NCBI GenBank assembly: GCA_016214555.1
Contig: JACROF010000012.1
Location: 4,343-68,342, forward strand
Source: Candidatus Levyibacteriota bacterium
Lineage (GTDB): Bacteria; Patescibacteriota; Microgenomatia; Levybacterales; UBA12049
Length of the DNA stretch: 64,000 nucleotides
Reading direction: 5' to 3'
A model generated the notes under the pieces. The model saw nothing but the letters and a program-made list of their open reading frames with translations, made no database searches and was not told the DNA's origin. This document shows, in pieces, positions 48,364 to 58,914 of this stretch (the stretch's first letter is position 1; every line of letters begins with the position of its first letter). The translations under genes and the position numbers were made by a program.

Positions 48364-48840
48364 ATGGCAATAAAGCAACCAGCAGTTGAGAAAAAAACAC
48401 AAGCAAAAAGAGATTATATTTTTGCGGTTGGTCGTCGTAAAGAGGCGGTAGCTAGAGTGCGGCTCTACGAAAAACTTAGGGAAAAATTTCAATGGGGAGC
48501 AACAGAGATTCATAAGGGAGATATCATTATTAATGAGAAGATGGCTGCTGATTATTTTCCTGGAGAGGTAAGTAGATTTGCCTACACTGAGCCATTGAGG
48601 GTTGCAAATGCCCAAAATAAATACACTATTACTGTTCGCGTTGTTGGCGGAGGAAGGGCAGGGCAGCTAGATGCAGTGGTGGCAGGTTTGTCAAATGCAT
48701 TGGTGGCCGCGAATAAGGACGAATATAGAGCAATTCTAAAGAAAAAAGGATTTCTTACCCGCGATTCTCGTATTCGAGAAAGAAGAAAAGTCGGTACCGG
48801 TGGAAAAGCCCGAAGAGCGAAGCAATCTCCAAAGCGTTAA
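48364..48840 (+). CDS. rpsI: 30S ribosomal protein S9
   Basis: GRRKEAVARV, GGG..GQ, LTRD.R..ERRK, KARRAKQSPKR. Confidence 0.98.
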   Translation: MAIKQPAVEKKTQAKRDYIFAVGRRKEAVARVRLYEKLREKFQWGATEIHKGDIIINEKMAADYFPGEVSRFAYTEPLRVANAQNKYTITVRVVGGGRAGQLDAVVAGLSNALVAANKDEYRAILKKKGFLTRDSRIRERRKVGTGGKARRAKQSPKR

Positions 48841-48890
48841 TTTGAACTTCAAAGATACTTGTTGACTCATATAATTTCTTATGTTAGGGT

Positions 48891-49238
48891 GTGATTGTGG
48901 GATTAATTACATACCTCTTTATTAATAGCTTTGCAATATTTATTGCAGCCCAGGTTTTAACAGGAGTACATGTCTCAAATTATCTAACTGCGATTATCAT
49001 CGCTGTTTTACTTGGCGCAGTTAATGTATTTATAAAGCCATTGATACTCTTTTTTACTTTGCCCTTAACAATAATAACATTTGGATTATTTACTTTTGTG
49101 ATTAACGCAGTTCTTGTGTTGCTAGTTAGTAGCTTGGTTCCTGGATTTGTTATAGATGGGTTTGGTTGGGCACTGTTATTTAGCTTAATTATTGCTATTA
49201 TCTCATCATTCTTGAACTCTCTTCTTAAAACAAAATAG
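48891..49238 (+). CDS. YvlD/DUF360 (phage holin 4-2 family) membrane protein
   Basis: LG.VN..IKP......LP..I.T.GLF..VINA signature. Confidence 0.88.
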   Translation: MIVGLITYLFINSFAIFIAAQVLTGVHVSNYLTAIIIAVLLGAVNVFIKPLILFFTLPLTIITFGLFTFVINAVLVLLVSSLVPGFVIDGFGWALLFSLIIAIISSFLNSLLKTK

Positions 49239-49802
49239 CTATTGTATATCAACAACAAGCTCTTTTGCAGTTAAATACCCCCACATGATAGCTGCAGGAA
49301 GTAGGTCCTCAAATTTTTCCGCATTAAACTCCTTTTTCTTTATGCTGAATTTTTTGATGTAACTGTTAGTATCTAGGTGAAATATAAATAAATCTATTAC
49401 TTGACTCACTGGAGATTTGACTCTTACGCCTTCTGACAGCATGTTACCTATTTTTAATCGAGTATTTCTAATATGGGCAGGGTCATTAGCTATTTTATAT
49501 GGAGTATATCCCTTTTCGATTGATCTCTCTTTTAGGAAAATTTGAACACCACAAGCCATAGAGAGATACATTAATCCATAGAGTTTTGTTTTTTCTATCT
49601 CTTTTGATGATGGAATGGGTGAATAAAGTAATTGCGCAAAAATTTCCGCAGATTTTTTACATTGTGTTAATATTTCTTCCGGTAAATAAAATTTTGAAAG
49701 AAGACTATCATGGGTGTATTGATCCATTGAGCCAATTATTTCTTCCCATATCCTCAAGACAGTACCAACACTTTGTCCCTCATCACTAGGCAGGCTTTTC
49801 AT
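49239..49802 (-). CDS. Hypothetical protein
   Basis: 187-aa ORF with TATAGT 6 nt upstream; no family recognised. Confidence 0.65.
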   Translation of the reverse strand: MKSLPSDEGQSVGTVLRIWEEIIGSMDQYTHDSLLSKFYLPEEILTQCKKSAEIFAQLLYSPIPSSKEIEKTKLYGLMYLSMACGVQIFLKERSIEKGYTPYKIANDPAHIRNTRLKIGNMLSEGVRVKSPVSQVIDLFIFHLDTNSYIKKFSIKKKEFNAEKFEDLLPAAIMWGYLTAKELVVDIQ

Positions 49803-49875
49803 AGTATTACTATATTAAGCATAAAATCTTCAAGAAAATCAAGCAGATCTTCTTTGTATCTTTTATAATGTATGT

Positions 49876-50880
49876 GTGAGAATTTTTCCAAAAAATATTC
49901 TTATTCAAAACATAGACTCATTTTTGTTGAGGGAAAATTTTCTTGTTTCCGCAGTAAGTACAATTTTTATCATTCGTTTTATACTAAAAGTCTCACATTA
50001 TCCACAACTAGGGACTGATAGCCTGCATATAGCGCATTTAGTTTGGGGTGGGCTTTTTATGCTGGCAGGATTCATGCTGATTTTTTCATTTTTGAGCAAG
50101 GGAGCACTAAGTCTGGGGTCAATACTTGGAGGTATAGGCTTTGGCGCATTTATTGATGAGTTAGGAAAATTTATTACAAGAGATAATAATTATTTTTTTC
50201 AGCCAACAATAGCAATAATTTATGTAATTTTCATTATTCTTTATATTTTTTCAAAACTTCTTTCTCAAAGAGAATATATTACTAAGCAAGAGTATCTTAT
50301 AAATGCTCTTGAAATGATAAAAGAAGCAGCAATAAATGATTTAGATAATCATGAAAAAAAGACTGCATTGGTATATCTGGAAAAAAGTGATCAAGGAGAT
50401 CCTCTTGTTAGGCTTTTGAAATCTTTTTTAAAAGATGTAGAATCAATTCCTCAACCTGAAAAATCTTTATGGGGAAATGTAAGAAGTGTAATATCTGAAA
50501 AATATTATCAATTCGCAAGGTCTGAAATTGTCAGAAAATTAATTTTTTTCATTCTTATACTGCAAGTTGCAGTTGAAACATTTTTTTCTCTATCAATAAC
50601 CTCTTTTAATTTTGAGCAAATCTCATTTATTCAACTAGGATTGCTATTGTCAACAACATCATCAACGCTTTTTATAATCGCTGGAGTAATAATGATAGTA
50701 AAAAATAAATATTTTTCTTATATCCTTTTTAAAATCGCAATTCTAATTGGAATATTCCTTACTCAATTTTTTCTTTTTTATCAAGAACAGTTATCAGCTG
50801 TTATTGGACTTTTTGTAAGCATATTACTGTTAGCAGTCGTGGATTATGGATTACATCAAGAAAAAGTGAGGATAAAATAG
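49876..50880 (+). CDS. Hypothetical polytopic membrane protein
   Basis: Multiple TMs, HIAHLVWGG and GFGAFIDELGKF motifs. Confidence 0.75.
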   Translation: MRIFPKNILIQNIDSFLLRENFLVSAVSTIFIIRFILKVSHYPQLGTDSLHIAHLVWGGLFMLAGFMLIFSFLSKGALSLGSILGGIGFGAFIDELGKFITRDNNYFFQPTIAIIYVIFIILYIFSKLLSQREYITKQEYLINALEMIKEAAINDLDNHEKKTALVYLEKSDQGDPLVRLLKSFLKDVESIPQPEKSLWGNVRSVISEKYYQFARSEIVRKLIFFILILQVAVETFFSLSITSFNFEQISFIQLGLLLSTTSSTLFIIAGVIMIVKNKYFSYILFKIAILIGIFLTQFFLFYQEQLSAVIGLFVSILLLAVVDYGLHQEKVRIK

Positions 50881-51822
50881 TTACTTTGATTCATAAGTGG
50901 TGAAATACTCATAAGCAATTAATGAGATAGATGCTATTGCCTCTGCTGCTTTAGAAGTATTGGTCGTTTCACTCATTGCAACAAAAATATAATCACCCGA
51001 TGGAGTAAATATAATACCCGCGTCATGCTTGTAGCCATACAGCTCTCCTGTTTTGTGTGCTACTGCAATTTCATCAGGGAGATATTTTGGGATTCTGTCA
51101 TTTAATGCTTGTCTCTTGAGAAGTCCAAGCATTTCTTCACTGTTTTTTTCACCTATAATTTCTTTTCGATATAGTTTCAAAAAAAATAACGATATATCTT
51201 CTGCTGTTGTTTTTGGAGGAGACCCCACTTTTGAAGAAGATAGTTTTTCTTGTTGTAAGAAACTCTTTATTTTACTTATTCCAACTTTCTCTGTTAAAAG
51301 AAGTGCTGCGTAATTATCAGAAATAGTAATTGCTTTTTCAAGCGCTTCTTCTACAGAATATGATACTTCCCCTTCTGTTAGCTCCGCTTCTTCGGAGGCG
51401 ATATTAAATTCTTCATTTAGTCGTGGGATAGTGGAAGACAGTTTAGTTTCCAGAGCTAGATTGCCCTTTTCTATTTGATCAAATACGACAGCCATTACCC
51501 ATAGCTTGTAGAGACTTGCGGAGTAATAGATCCTATCAGGGTTATGACGATAGCTCTCTCCAGTAGTTAGATTTATTATGACAAAACTATATGATCCTGT
51601 TAATTTATGTAGTTCACTTTTAATTTTTTCATCTAATCCAGACGCAAATTGAGAAGACACTTCATTGTTATGATCATTAATGCCTTGAATAAGTGGAGAC
51701 ACCACATTTTGATTATTTTTTCCGTGCGATATTAATGACAGAAGCATAGTGGATCCTGCAAGAAGTAAAAAAAAGAGAAAAGAGAAGAAAGCTAAGCCTT
51801 TAATGATTTTCACTTTACACAT
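50881..51822 (-). CDS. Serine hydrolase, class A beta-lactamase-like/penicillin-binding family
   Basis: SASLYK (SxxK), SDN, HKTG, HDAG; N-terminal TM; start uncertain (51822 or 51879). Confidence 0.88.
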   Translation of the reverse strand: MCKVKIIKGLAFFSFLFFLLLAGSTMLLSLISHGKNNQNVVSPLIQGINDHNNEVSSQFASGLDEKIKSELHKLTGSYSFVIINLTTGESYRHNPDRIYYSASLYKLWVMAVVFDQIEKGNLALETKLSSTIPRLNEEFNIASEEAELTEGEVSYSVEEALEKAITISDNYAALLLTEKVGISKIKSFLQQEKLSSSKVGSPPKTTAEDISLFFLKLYRKEIIGEKNSEEMLGLLKRQALNDRIPKYLPDEIAVAHKTGELYGYKHDAGIIFTPSGDYIFVAMSETTNTSKAAEAIASISLIAYEYFTTYESK

Positions 51823-51882
51823 ACTAGCTATCTTATGTGAAATCTTCAACAGGAAAGTAAGGTAAATGGTATAATCCATAGT

Positions 51883-52893
51883 ATGTTTGTGGATAAAGTA
51901 ACAATTTCTATTAAGGCGGGAAATGGAGGAAATGGAGCAGTTTCTTTTAGAAGAAGCGAGGGAAATCCTCGTGGTGGGCCTGATGGTGGTAATGGTGGCA
52001 ACGGCGGGGATGTGTACATAAGAGGCATCAATGATTTGACAGCCCTATCTCAATTTCAGTTTAAAAAAAAGTGGAAGGCAGAAGATGGTGTTGCAGGTAA
52101 GCGAAAAAATCTTTTTGGCAAGAATGCTGATGATCTTATTATTGATGTTCCGATAGGGACAACGATTTCGCATGTAAACGGTGAGCGTATTGTTGATATT
52201 AATGATACTGACTCGCGGTATTGTATTGCAAAAGGAGGAAAAGGAGGTCGTGGTAATAATGAGTTTAAATCAGCTACAAACCAAACCCCACAATATGCAG
52301 AAAGCGGTGAAATAGGTGAAGAGGTGGAGATTGAGTTGGAGCTGAAGTTAATAGCGCAAGTTGGAATAATTGGCCTTCCAAATGCAGGGAAAAGTACCCT
52401 TCTTTCGTGTCTTACTAACGCACATCCTAAGATAGGTGATTACCCTTTTACTACCCTTGAGCCTAATGTTGGAATGATGGATGGATATATGCTTGCTGAT
52501 ATCCCTGGATTAATCGAAGGAGCGAGTACGGGAAAAGGCTTGGGGATTCGATTTTTGAAACATATTGAAAAAACACTACTTATTATTCATTGCATCGATT
52601 CATCTGAAGGTGATGTAGAAAATAGTTACAAAATTGTCATGAGCGAACTTGAGTCATTTAATGTAAATCTTCTTGAGAAAAAGCAGATTTTAGTCTTAAC
52701 AAAAACTGATAAAATTTCAAAAAAGGAGTTGCGGTCTAAGATTGCAATTATGGAAAAATACTCCTCAAACATTTTATCAGTAAATATATATGATGCAAAT
52801 AGCATTCAGAGTTTTAAGGAATATTTACTAAATGCATTAGCTAAGAATTCTCTACCAACTTCCACCGCCTCCGCCTCCGAATCCTCCACCTGA
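51883..52893 (+). CDS. obgE: GTPase Obg/CgtA
   Basis: MFVD, GGPDGGNGG.GG, GLPNAGKST, YPFTTL.P, DIPG, TKTD. Confidence 0.97.
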   Translation: MFVDKVTISIKAGNGGNGAVSFRRSEGNPRGGPDGGNGGNGGDVYIRGINDLTALSQFQFKKKWKAEDGVAGKRKNLFGKNADDLIIDVPIGTTISHVNGERIVDINDTDSRYCIAKGGKGGRGNNEFKSATNQTPQYAESGEIGEEVEIELELKLIAQVGIIGLPNAGKSTLLSCLTNAHPKIGDYPFTTLEPNVGMMDGYMLADIPGLIEGASTGKGLGIRFLKHIEKTLLIIHCIDSSEGDVENSYKIVMSELESFNVNLLEKKQILVLTKTDKISKKELRSKIAIMEKYSSNILSVNIYDANSIQSFKEYLLNALAKNSLPTSTASASESST

Positions 52894-54580
52894 GCTTCCC
52901 CCTCCTGATGAGCCACTCTTGGTGGGTGTTGCTGCAATTGCTGACGAGAGGGTATTTGAAAAAGAGTCGATAGATTTTGTAAAGCTCATAACTGCAAATG
53001 GAGAGGATCCTCTATACCATTTTGGTTCCTTGGGTTCTATTCCAATATCTTTCATAGCTTTTGCAAATTTTTCGCTAAGACCAAAGATGATAGCGTAAGG
53101 AAGAGTTTCGGTAAATAGATTGTTATTTTCAAAAAATTGCTGTCTATATTTCTCTGCACCACTGATGAACATTTTATAACCGAGAGATCTTCTGTATAAT
53201 TCTCGACCATCTGCTGTTCTCTTAGGCATTCGAGAGGAAAAACCCACAAGAGTTATTCCGCACGTTGCTATGCCAGTAATAACTGCAAACATAGATGGTG
53301 AGACAAAAAAGCCACCTAGAACAAACAAAGAGAATATGGGGAGGCAAGCTAGGAGAATTCCAGTAATTAAATATTTTTTTCGAATTACTTCTGGATTGTC
53401 AAAAAACATCTTACGTTCTACAATTCTTTCATACAATTTTGTTTTTACTAAGGATAGGTCTTTATAAAACGAAAATTTTAACTCTGATAATTTTACGGAA
53501 GATTTATTTTTAAAAAGTTTTTCCAGCAATAATGATTCATAGGCCAATAAAGTTTTTTTATTTTCTGTTTTTTTAAAAATATAATCTATTTTTCCAAAAA
53601 TTCCTATTTTTTTAACCTCCTCAATAACAAGCAGTCCTTTTTGTGCCAGATCTATAATTGTTGCACTAATATCAAGGGTGTCTGCTCGTTCGTCCATCAG
53701 AACTCCCATTTCAGCTGGTCTAATATTATCTGGGGGAGTGAATTCAACGACGACAGTTTCATGAAATTCTTCGGGGGCATTTATTGCAAATTCATAATCG
53801 GCAATATAATGGGGAAATAGTTTATATTTAAATTTTATTCCTTTTTGTTGTGAGGCAATAGAGGGCTATGATTGATGGCTGGAGTAGTTCCTCCAGGAAT
53901 GTTTTGGGCTTAGGAACAGTAAGAATTGGCACTAAACCCTTACTATATCCTGCAGCAATAGTAAAATTTTCTCCAGGATACACTGTGTCTGTTGAGAAAA
54001 CTCCTTGTTTCTCAGAAATTTTTTCGTTACGGCATTGACTGCTTGAACCGTTTTTTCCAAAATAGCAAGCTGTTTGATGGAGTCCAGGAAATGGCAATGT
54101 AAGGACTGCAGATGCTTTTTGTATCGGAATTTCCCAACTAGACCCTGTAACATTCCAATAGAGCTCATCGTATGTGTCATATGGCACAAGAACTCCCTTT
54201 ACTATATATGAAATTTCATATATGTGTTTTCCATCAATTGTTTTGTTAGGATCTCCAATGAGAATACGTATGTTATTGTTATTTTTTTCCTCTCGATATT
54301 TTTCTATATGTGAGTCTCTTAGAACAGCAACATCAGAGATTGTGGTATATTTTTTCTCATCATTATTTGATTGATAAACATAAGGGATCTCTCGATAAAT
54401 TCCATGTTTTTGAGTTGTGTAAAAATCCACAGTTATTTTTTCTACAACGTGAACACTTCCTGTTTTTTCTATAGTTATATCACTATGAAATTCAGATATC
54501 TCCCAGGTTGTTTGAGCAAGGGTAATAGAGGGTCTGCAAATTAGAAAAAATGACATTACTATGATAGCGATTCTTTTCAT
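52852..54580 (-). pseudogene. DUF2207 family membrane protein split by a frameshift (pseudogene or sequence error)
   Basis: The N-half (HGIYREIP, ELYWNVTG..W) stops at 53828. The C-half frame is open from 53865 and carries VEFTPP..RPAEMG, ATIIDLA, LPYAIIFG, GGGFGGGGGGSW. Confidence 0.75.
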
Positions 54581-54651
54581 AGAGTCAGTATACATGATAA
54601 TGGGCCTTGACGATGTTGTTATTTTTAAAGTAGTATTAATTTCTAGTTAGT

Positions 54652-55194
54652 ATGACGGATGAAATAATTGAAAAGTGTCCTAAGTGTCAAAGTCCTTTGA
54701 GTGATGTTATAACAACTTCAACTGGAAGAAAATTACAACGCTGTTCAACATCTTCGTGGGATGCTGCATCAAGATCAAATGTAGGTTGTGATTTTGTGAA
54801 GTGGCTTGAGGTGGAGCCTGAAGAGCTTGATGAAAAATGTCCAAAATGTGGGGCGCCGCTTGTGTTGGCTGTTACTCGTTTTGGTAAGAGAATGAAAAAG
54901 TGTAGCACTTCATCGTGGGATAAAGAAGCAAAAAAAGCAATAGGCTGTGATTATGTTGAATGGATTAACGGCACAACAGAGTCTCTTGATGAAGAATGCC
55001 CTGAGTGTGGAGAAAAACTCGTTCTTTTTACAACAAGTTCAGGAAAAAAAATGAAAAAGTGTAGCACTTCTGGATGGGATAGGGTAGCAAAAAAGGCTAC
55101 TGGATGTACCTATGTTTATTGGTTAAAACAGCACGAATATCCTGGGGCTCAAAATACAGGCGAAGAATTTCTTCCTCCAGAGCCAGAAGGATAA
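54652..55194 (+). CDS. Stand-alone protein of three tandem topoisomerase-type C4 zinc fingers
   Basis: 3 x CP.C...L......G....CSTS.WD......GC..V.W. Confidence 0.82.
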   Translation: MTDEIIEKCPKCQSPLSDVITTSTGRKLQRCSTSSWDAASRSNVGCDFVKWLEVEPEELDEKCPKCGAPLVLAVTRFGKRMKKCSTSSWDKEAKKAIGCDYVEWINGTTESLDEECPECGEKLVLFTTSSGKKMKKCSTSGWDRVAKKATGCTYVYWLKQHEYPGAQNTGEEFLPPEPEG

Positions 55195-55242
55195 CCCACC
55201 TCCTCGTTTTTTTTAAAAGTTTCAGTCATAATAATTCTTGTC

Positions 55243-56109
55243 ATGGCCAAGAAAACTCAACAGGGGAAAATAGATATTGCGTTGCCTTCCCCGCATAAAA
55301 GTATTTTAAAAAAAATTTATATAGGGGTGGCTATAGTTTTTATTCTAGTTTTGTTGGTTTTTTATACTGAATCTACAGCAATTTTAGGAACCGGTGGAGA
55401 AAATAAACTGCCATTTAAAATGCTTGCCTCACAAATTATCGATAGCAAAGCAAGTCAGTTTGATATCAGTCAAAAAAAAGATATAGGTCAAGATCCAGAA
55501 AAGAATATTTTAATTGGTCCAATAAAGCTTGATAGCTCATCGTATGTCTACGATAAGTTGCAAGAATCTTCTAAAAATTTACAAACTAGTAGTAACGTTA
55601 GTTTACAAGAGGAATCGCAAAGCAGTGTTTCTTTGGATGAACTATGGTCTAATCCTTTTAGCTTTGTTTCAAAATTAGCTATGACTACAAAAAATACGTG
55701 GGTAAATGATGGGAGAAAGACTACCTTGATAAAATTAGTCGAAAGTGTGTCTAGATATTATATTAGTTTTGGAAAATTTCCAGTGTCGGATGGTGTGTTT
55801 ACTAATCAAGATTATGAGTGGGTTTCGGAAATGGTTGATAAAAATGAAATGTCTGGCGTGTATGAATATGTACTTAGAACAACTTCTCCTGTGGCCTATT
55901 GTGGTAGTAGTAGTCAGACTGGGTACTGCTTCCAAACAGATAATAAAAATGCGATTTTATATGTGAGACTTGAGAAATTCGGAGATAGTGCTCTTTGTGA
56001 GGAGGGCGACATATTTTTCATGTGGTCTTCGCTTGATAATAAGCTTGGATCAGTCTGCCTGAATAAAGAACCAGTAGAGCTTGGCGGATTTGAGTATTTT
56101 AAATTTTAA
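55243..56109 (+). CDS. Membrane-anchored hypothetical protein with a C-terminal pilin/pseudopilin-like domain
   Basis: N-terminal TM; ND.RK..L..L....SRYY...GKFP...GYC..LY.RLE resembles GspG/PilE-type globular domains. Confidence 0.55.
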   Translation: MAKKTQQGKIDIALPSPHKSILKKIYIGVAIVFILVLLVFYTESTAILGTGGENKLPFKMLASQIIDSKASQFDISQKKDIGQDPEKNILIGPIKLDSSSYVYDKLQESSKNLQTSSNVSLQEESQSSVSLDELWSNPFSFVSKLAMTTKNTWVNDGRKTTLIKLVESVSRYYISFGKFPVSDGVFTNQDYEWVSEMVDKNEMSGVYEYVLRTTSPVAYCGSSSQTGYCFQTDNKNAILYVRLEKFGDSALCEEGDIFFMWSSLDNKLGSVCLNKEPVELGGFEYFKF

Positions 56110-56524
56110 TTAAATACGGATTTATTTTAAGTACTTCAATAGTTTTAGCTAAAAGATCAGAATGTTTCAATTTTAAAGCGTCATCCTCTGAAATCCATTG
56201 ATAGGTATTATGTTCATTGCTGAGTATAATTTCCCCTCCTGTATACTTACATAAAAACGCAATTCTAACTACAAGTTGATTTTTTGATGAGGAAACATCT
56301 GATGCGACAGAGATTGGATATAGAGGGTCAACTCGTACGCCTGTCTCTTCAAAAACCTCTCGTTTTGTAGCAGAAATTGGATCTTCATTTTCCTCAACTA
56401 AACCACCTGGAAATTCCCACATGAGAGGGTGTGTATCATGCTCTGCTCTTTGAACTACAAGCATTTTTCTTGAGTCATTAACAATTACTCCATACACTAC
56501 AACTAATCTTGTGGCTCTCTCCAT
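56099..56524 (-). CDS. NUDIX hydrolase (MutT-like)
   Basis: WEFPGGLVEENED...A.KREVFEETG Nudix box; EH...W. Confidence 0.93.
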   Translation of the reverse strand: MERATRLVVVYGVIVNDSRKMLVVQRAEHDTHPLMWEFPGGLVEENEDPISATKREVFEETGVRVDPLYPISVASDVSSSKNQLVVRIAFLCKYTGGEIILSNEHNTYQWISEDDALKLKHSDLLAKTIEVLKINPYLIKI

Positions 56525-56566
56525 AGAGGTATTATAGTTGAATAATCCACAGCTGGATAGGAGAAA

Positions 56567-57688
56567 TTATTTTTTAACCTTCTCATTTATCGATTGGATA
56601 AGGCATGATAAATCTCCATTCTTTACCGAAATAAAAATAGGACTTCTCGTAGTGTATTTTTCCATGATGATATTCTGCTTTTCTTTACTAATCAGATCTG
56701 CCTTGTTAAAAACAAGAATACTAGATTTCGATTTACTAGAAAGTTGATTAATGATTCGATCAACTGTTTGTATTTTTATGTCCATATTGTCGTCATGACA
56801 ATCAATAACTTGTATTAGAAGATCAGAGTAAATTGATTCAAGAAGGGTTGAGTTGAATGCCTTAATAAGGCTTGCCGGTAAATTGTTGATAAACCCAATT
56901 GTATCGCTAATGAGTATCTTCTCATTGCTTTTATCAGATCGCAGTTCTCCAACTCTGCTATCAAGAGTTGCAAAAAGTGCATCTTTTACATATGCTGATT
57001 TACCGGTGAGTTTGTTGAATAAGGAGGTTTTCCCTGCGTTGGTATATCCTACAATAGACACAGTACATATTCCAAGTCGTCTTCGTCTCTCTATTTGCTG
57101 TAATCTGTTTTTGAGTAAGGTTGACAATTTTTTTTCAATGTTTTTAATTTGTTTTTTCCAATGTCTTTTCATCAATTCGGTGTTAGTCTCACCAATTCCT
57201 CTTGTCCCAATACTCCCTCCCTGTCGAGAAAGAACATATCCCATCCCGTAAATACGTGGTCCCATATGTTTCATTGCAGCAAGCTGAATTTGGAGGCGTG
57301 ACTCTACAGTGTTTGCTTGCTGCGAAAATATCTGTAAAATAAGGTCTATTCTATCCCACACCTCAATTCTCGGATTGCTGTGTTGGAACGACTTTCTGAT
57401 GTCAAAAATATGTCCAGGCTTTACTATGTCATCTAAAATCACCGCATCTATTTTTTTAACTGATAATAAGTTACTAATCTCATTTATTTTTCCAGCACCA
57501 AGATACAGGCCTTTATCGTGAACCTCTCTTTTTTGAATAACGTAATCAATAACTTTTCCTCCATATGTTTTTACAAGATCTGATGTTTCTTTAAGCTTAT
57601 AAAATGCTTCTTCGTTCGATAATTCCTTAGGTAGAATGCTTGCTATAAGGAATCTTTGCGGAGATTTGTGAGCTTCTTGCATTGTCAT
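56567..57688 (-). CDS. hflX: GTPase HflX
   Basis: LILQIF, GTRGIGET, VGYTNAGKTSL, LFATLD, DTIGF, NKAD; start 57688 overlaps the upstream stop (ATGA). Confidence 0.95.
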   Translation of the reverse strand: MTMQEAHKSPQRFLIASILPKELSNEEAFYKLKETSDLVKTYGGKVIDYVIQKREVHDKGLYLGAGKINEISNLLSVKKIDAVILDDIVKPGHIFDIRKSFQHSNPRIEVWDRIDLILQIFSQQANTVESRLQIQLAAMKHMGPRIYGMGYVLSRQGGSIGTRGIGETNTELMKRHWKKQIKNIEKKLSTLLKNRLQQIERRRRLGICTVSIVGYTNAGKTSLFNKLTGKSAYVKDALFATLDSRVGELRSDKSNEKILISDTIGFINNLPASLIKAFNSTLLESIYSDLLIQVIDCHDDNMDIKIQTVDRIINQLSSKSKSSILVFNKADLISKEKQNIIMEKYTTRSPIFISVKNGDLSCLIQSINEKVKK

Positions 57689-58368
57689 AAGACCCTCTTT
57701 TGTAGTATCTGCGACAATAAGTAAAGAGAGATAATTAGTATAAGATTTACACCAATAGGAAATAGAAGATAAAAACATCCTTTCGAAATTGTAGAAATAA
57801 CATCTTGATTTAGTAGGTGAGTTATTTCCTCAAATGGTATTTTAAATCCAGCAGCATATCCAAGTATTGTCAAAATAGCTATGAAAATTAAAATAAAAAG
57901 TGTTCCTTCAAGGTCTTTTTTGCTTGAGAACATTGTATTTCCGATTTCAAATAATATATAAAGTAGCATTACAATTGCCCAGGGAGAGTTCCAGAGCTTT
58001 TGATTTTCAAAAGTAAAAAGTGATAGGACAATTATTGTTGTACCCATAAGAAATGGTGATATGCCAACAAGAATTCTTCTGAAAGGATCTGTTCGTGCTA
58101 TTTCTACGCTCCCTAATTTTATGCTGTCTCCTTCTCTTTTTGGGAACAAGGACATTTTCCCTGTATGAATGAAAAGTAGTCTTGCTGTTAGATAGTGTGA
58201 TAGTTCATGAATCAGCGTCCCTGGAAAAAAGAAAAATGCCAGTGTGTAGGTAGTAATGGTAATATTTTGAGTCAACTGATACAACACAAGCGAAAGCTTT
58301 TTATGAAGTGATTTTGATAAAAAAAATAATGTAAAAAGCTCTATAAAAAATAGAGCAATTATTTCCAT
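57685..58368 (-). CDS. Membrane metalloprotease-like protein (M50-like)
   Basis: FPGT.IHELSH (HExxH) in a TM context, G..P, S..D. Confidence 0.72.
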   Translation of the reverse strand: MEIIALFFIELFTLFFLSKSLHKKLSLVLYQLTQNITITTYTLAFFFFPGTLIHELSHYLTARLLFIHTGKMSLFPKREGDSIKLGSVEIARTDPFRRILVGISPFLMGTTIIVLSLFTFENQKLWNSPWAIVMLLYILFEIGNTMFSSKKDLEGTLFILIFIAILTILGYAAGFKIPFEEITHLLNQDVISTISKGCFYLLFPIGVNLILIISLYLLSQILQKRVL

Positions 58369-58369
58369 A

Positions 58370-58861
58370 TTACAAATTTGGTTTTGGAGATTGTTCCTCA
58401 GCTTGACTTAAGACACTTACTAGCTCTATCTCAAAAACAAGTGTGGAATTGGCAGGGATAGCTCCTTGAGGCTTATCGCCGTAACCTAGCTCTGGAGGTA
58501 TTGTTAATTTTCTTTTTCCGCCAATTTTCATTCCAATTACACCTTTATCCCACCCTTTAATAACTTCCCCAGAGCCTACTTTGAAAGTAAAAGGTTGCTT
58601 TCTGTCATAAGAACTATCAAATTGTTTTCCACTGGTAAGGTTGCCAACATAATTTACTGTTATTGTATCTCCGTCTAGCACCTCACTCCCAGTTCCTATT
58701 TTTTCGTCTTTGATGTCTAATTTTGAAGTATCAGATGGGTTTTGAGATGAATTAAACGAAACATTTTCCTTAGTTGATTTTTCTTGAGGAATATTAACAA
58801 TAATTACTCCAATACAATAGATAATAAAAGCTATTCCGCAAAAAAAGATTATCCTTTTCAT
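58370..58861 (-). CDS. FKBP-type peptidyl-prolyl isomerase with N-terminal anchor
   Basis: VNYVG.L..GKQFDSS, VIKGWDKG, IPPELGYG, IPANSTLVFEIEL; start at MKRII. Confidence 0.95.
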   Translation of the reverse strand: MKRIIFFCGIAFIIYCIGVIIVNIPQEKSTKENVSFNSSQNPSDTSKLDIKDEKIGTGSEVLDGDTITVNYVGNLTSGKQFDSSYDRKQPFTFKVGSGEVIKGWDKGVIGMKIGGKRKLTIPPELGYGDKPQGAIPANSTLVFEIELVSVLSQAEEQSPKPNL

Positions 58862-58914
58862 ATTTTTTGTATTGTACAGGAAAGATCTGAAAAAGTGTAG
58901 AGATATGGTATCAT

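Noticed and set aside
30943-48840. Many short antisense or alternate-frame ORFs and 5' extensions (rplV, rplO, rplF, infA, rpoA)
   Set aside because: They are shadows of conserved genes; family homology and SD positions fix the real starts
48891-49238. Holin-family gene as a prophage sign
   Set aside because: YvlD/DUF360 proteins are common chromosomal genes, and no phage genes are nearby
50881-51822. Antibiotic-resistance beta-lactamase
   Set aside because: SxxK/SDN/KTG are shared with many PBP-like hydrolases; there is no mobile context, and resistance cannot be inferred
53760-53870. Programmed frameshift or DGR variable region in the DUF2207 gene
   Set aside because: No clear slippery site with a stimulator, no template repeat or reverse transcriptase in the window, and the apparent changes are T-to-A on the coding strand
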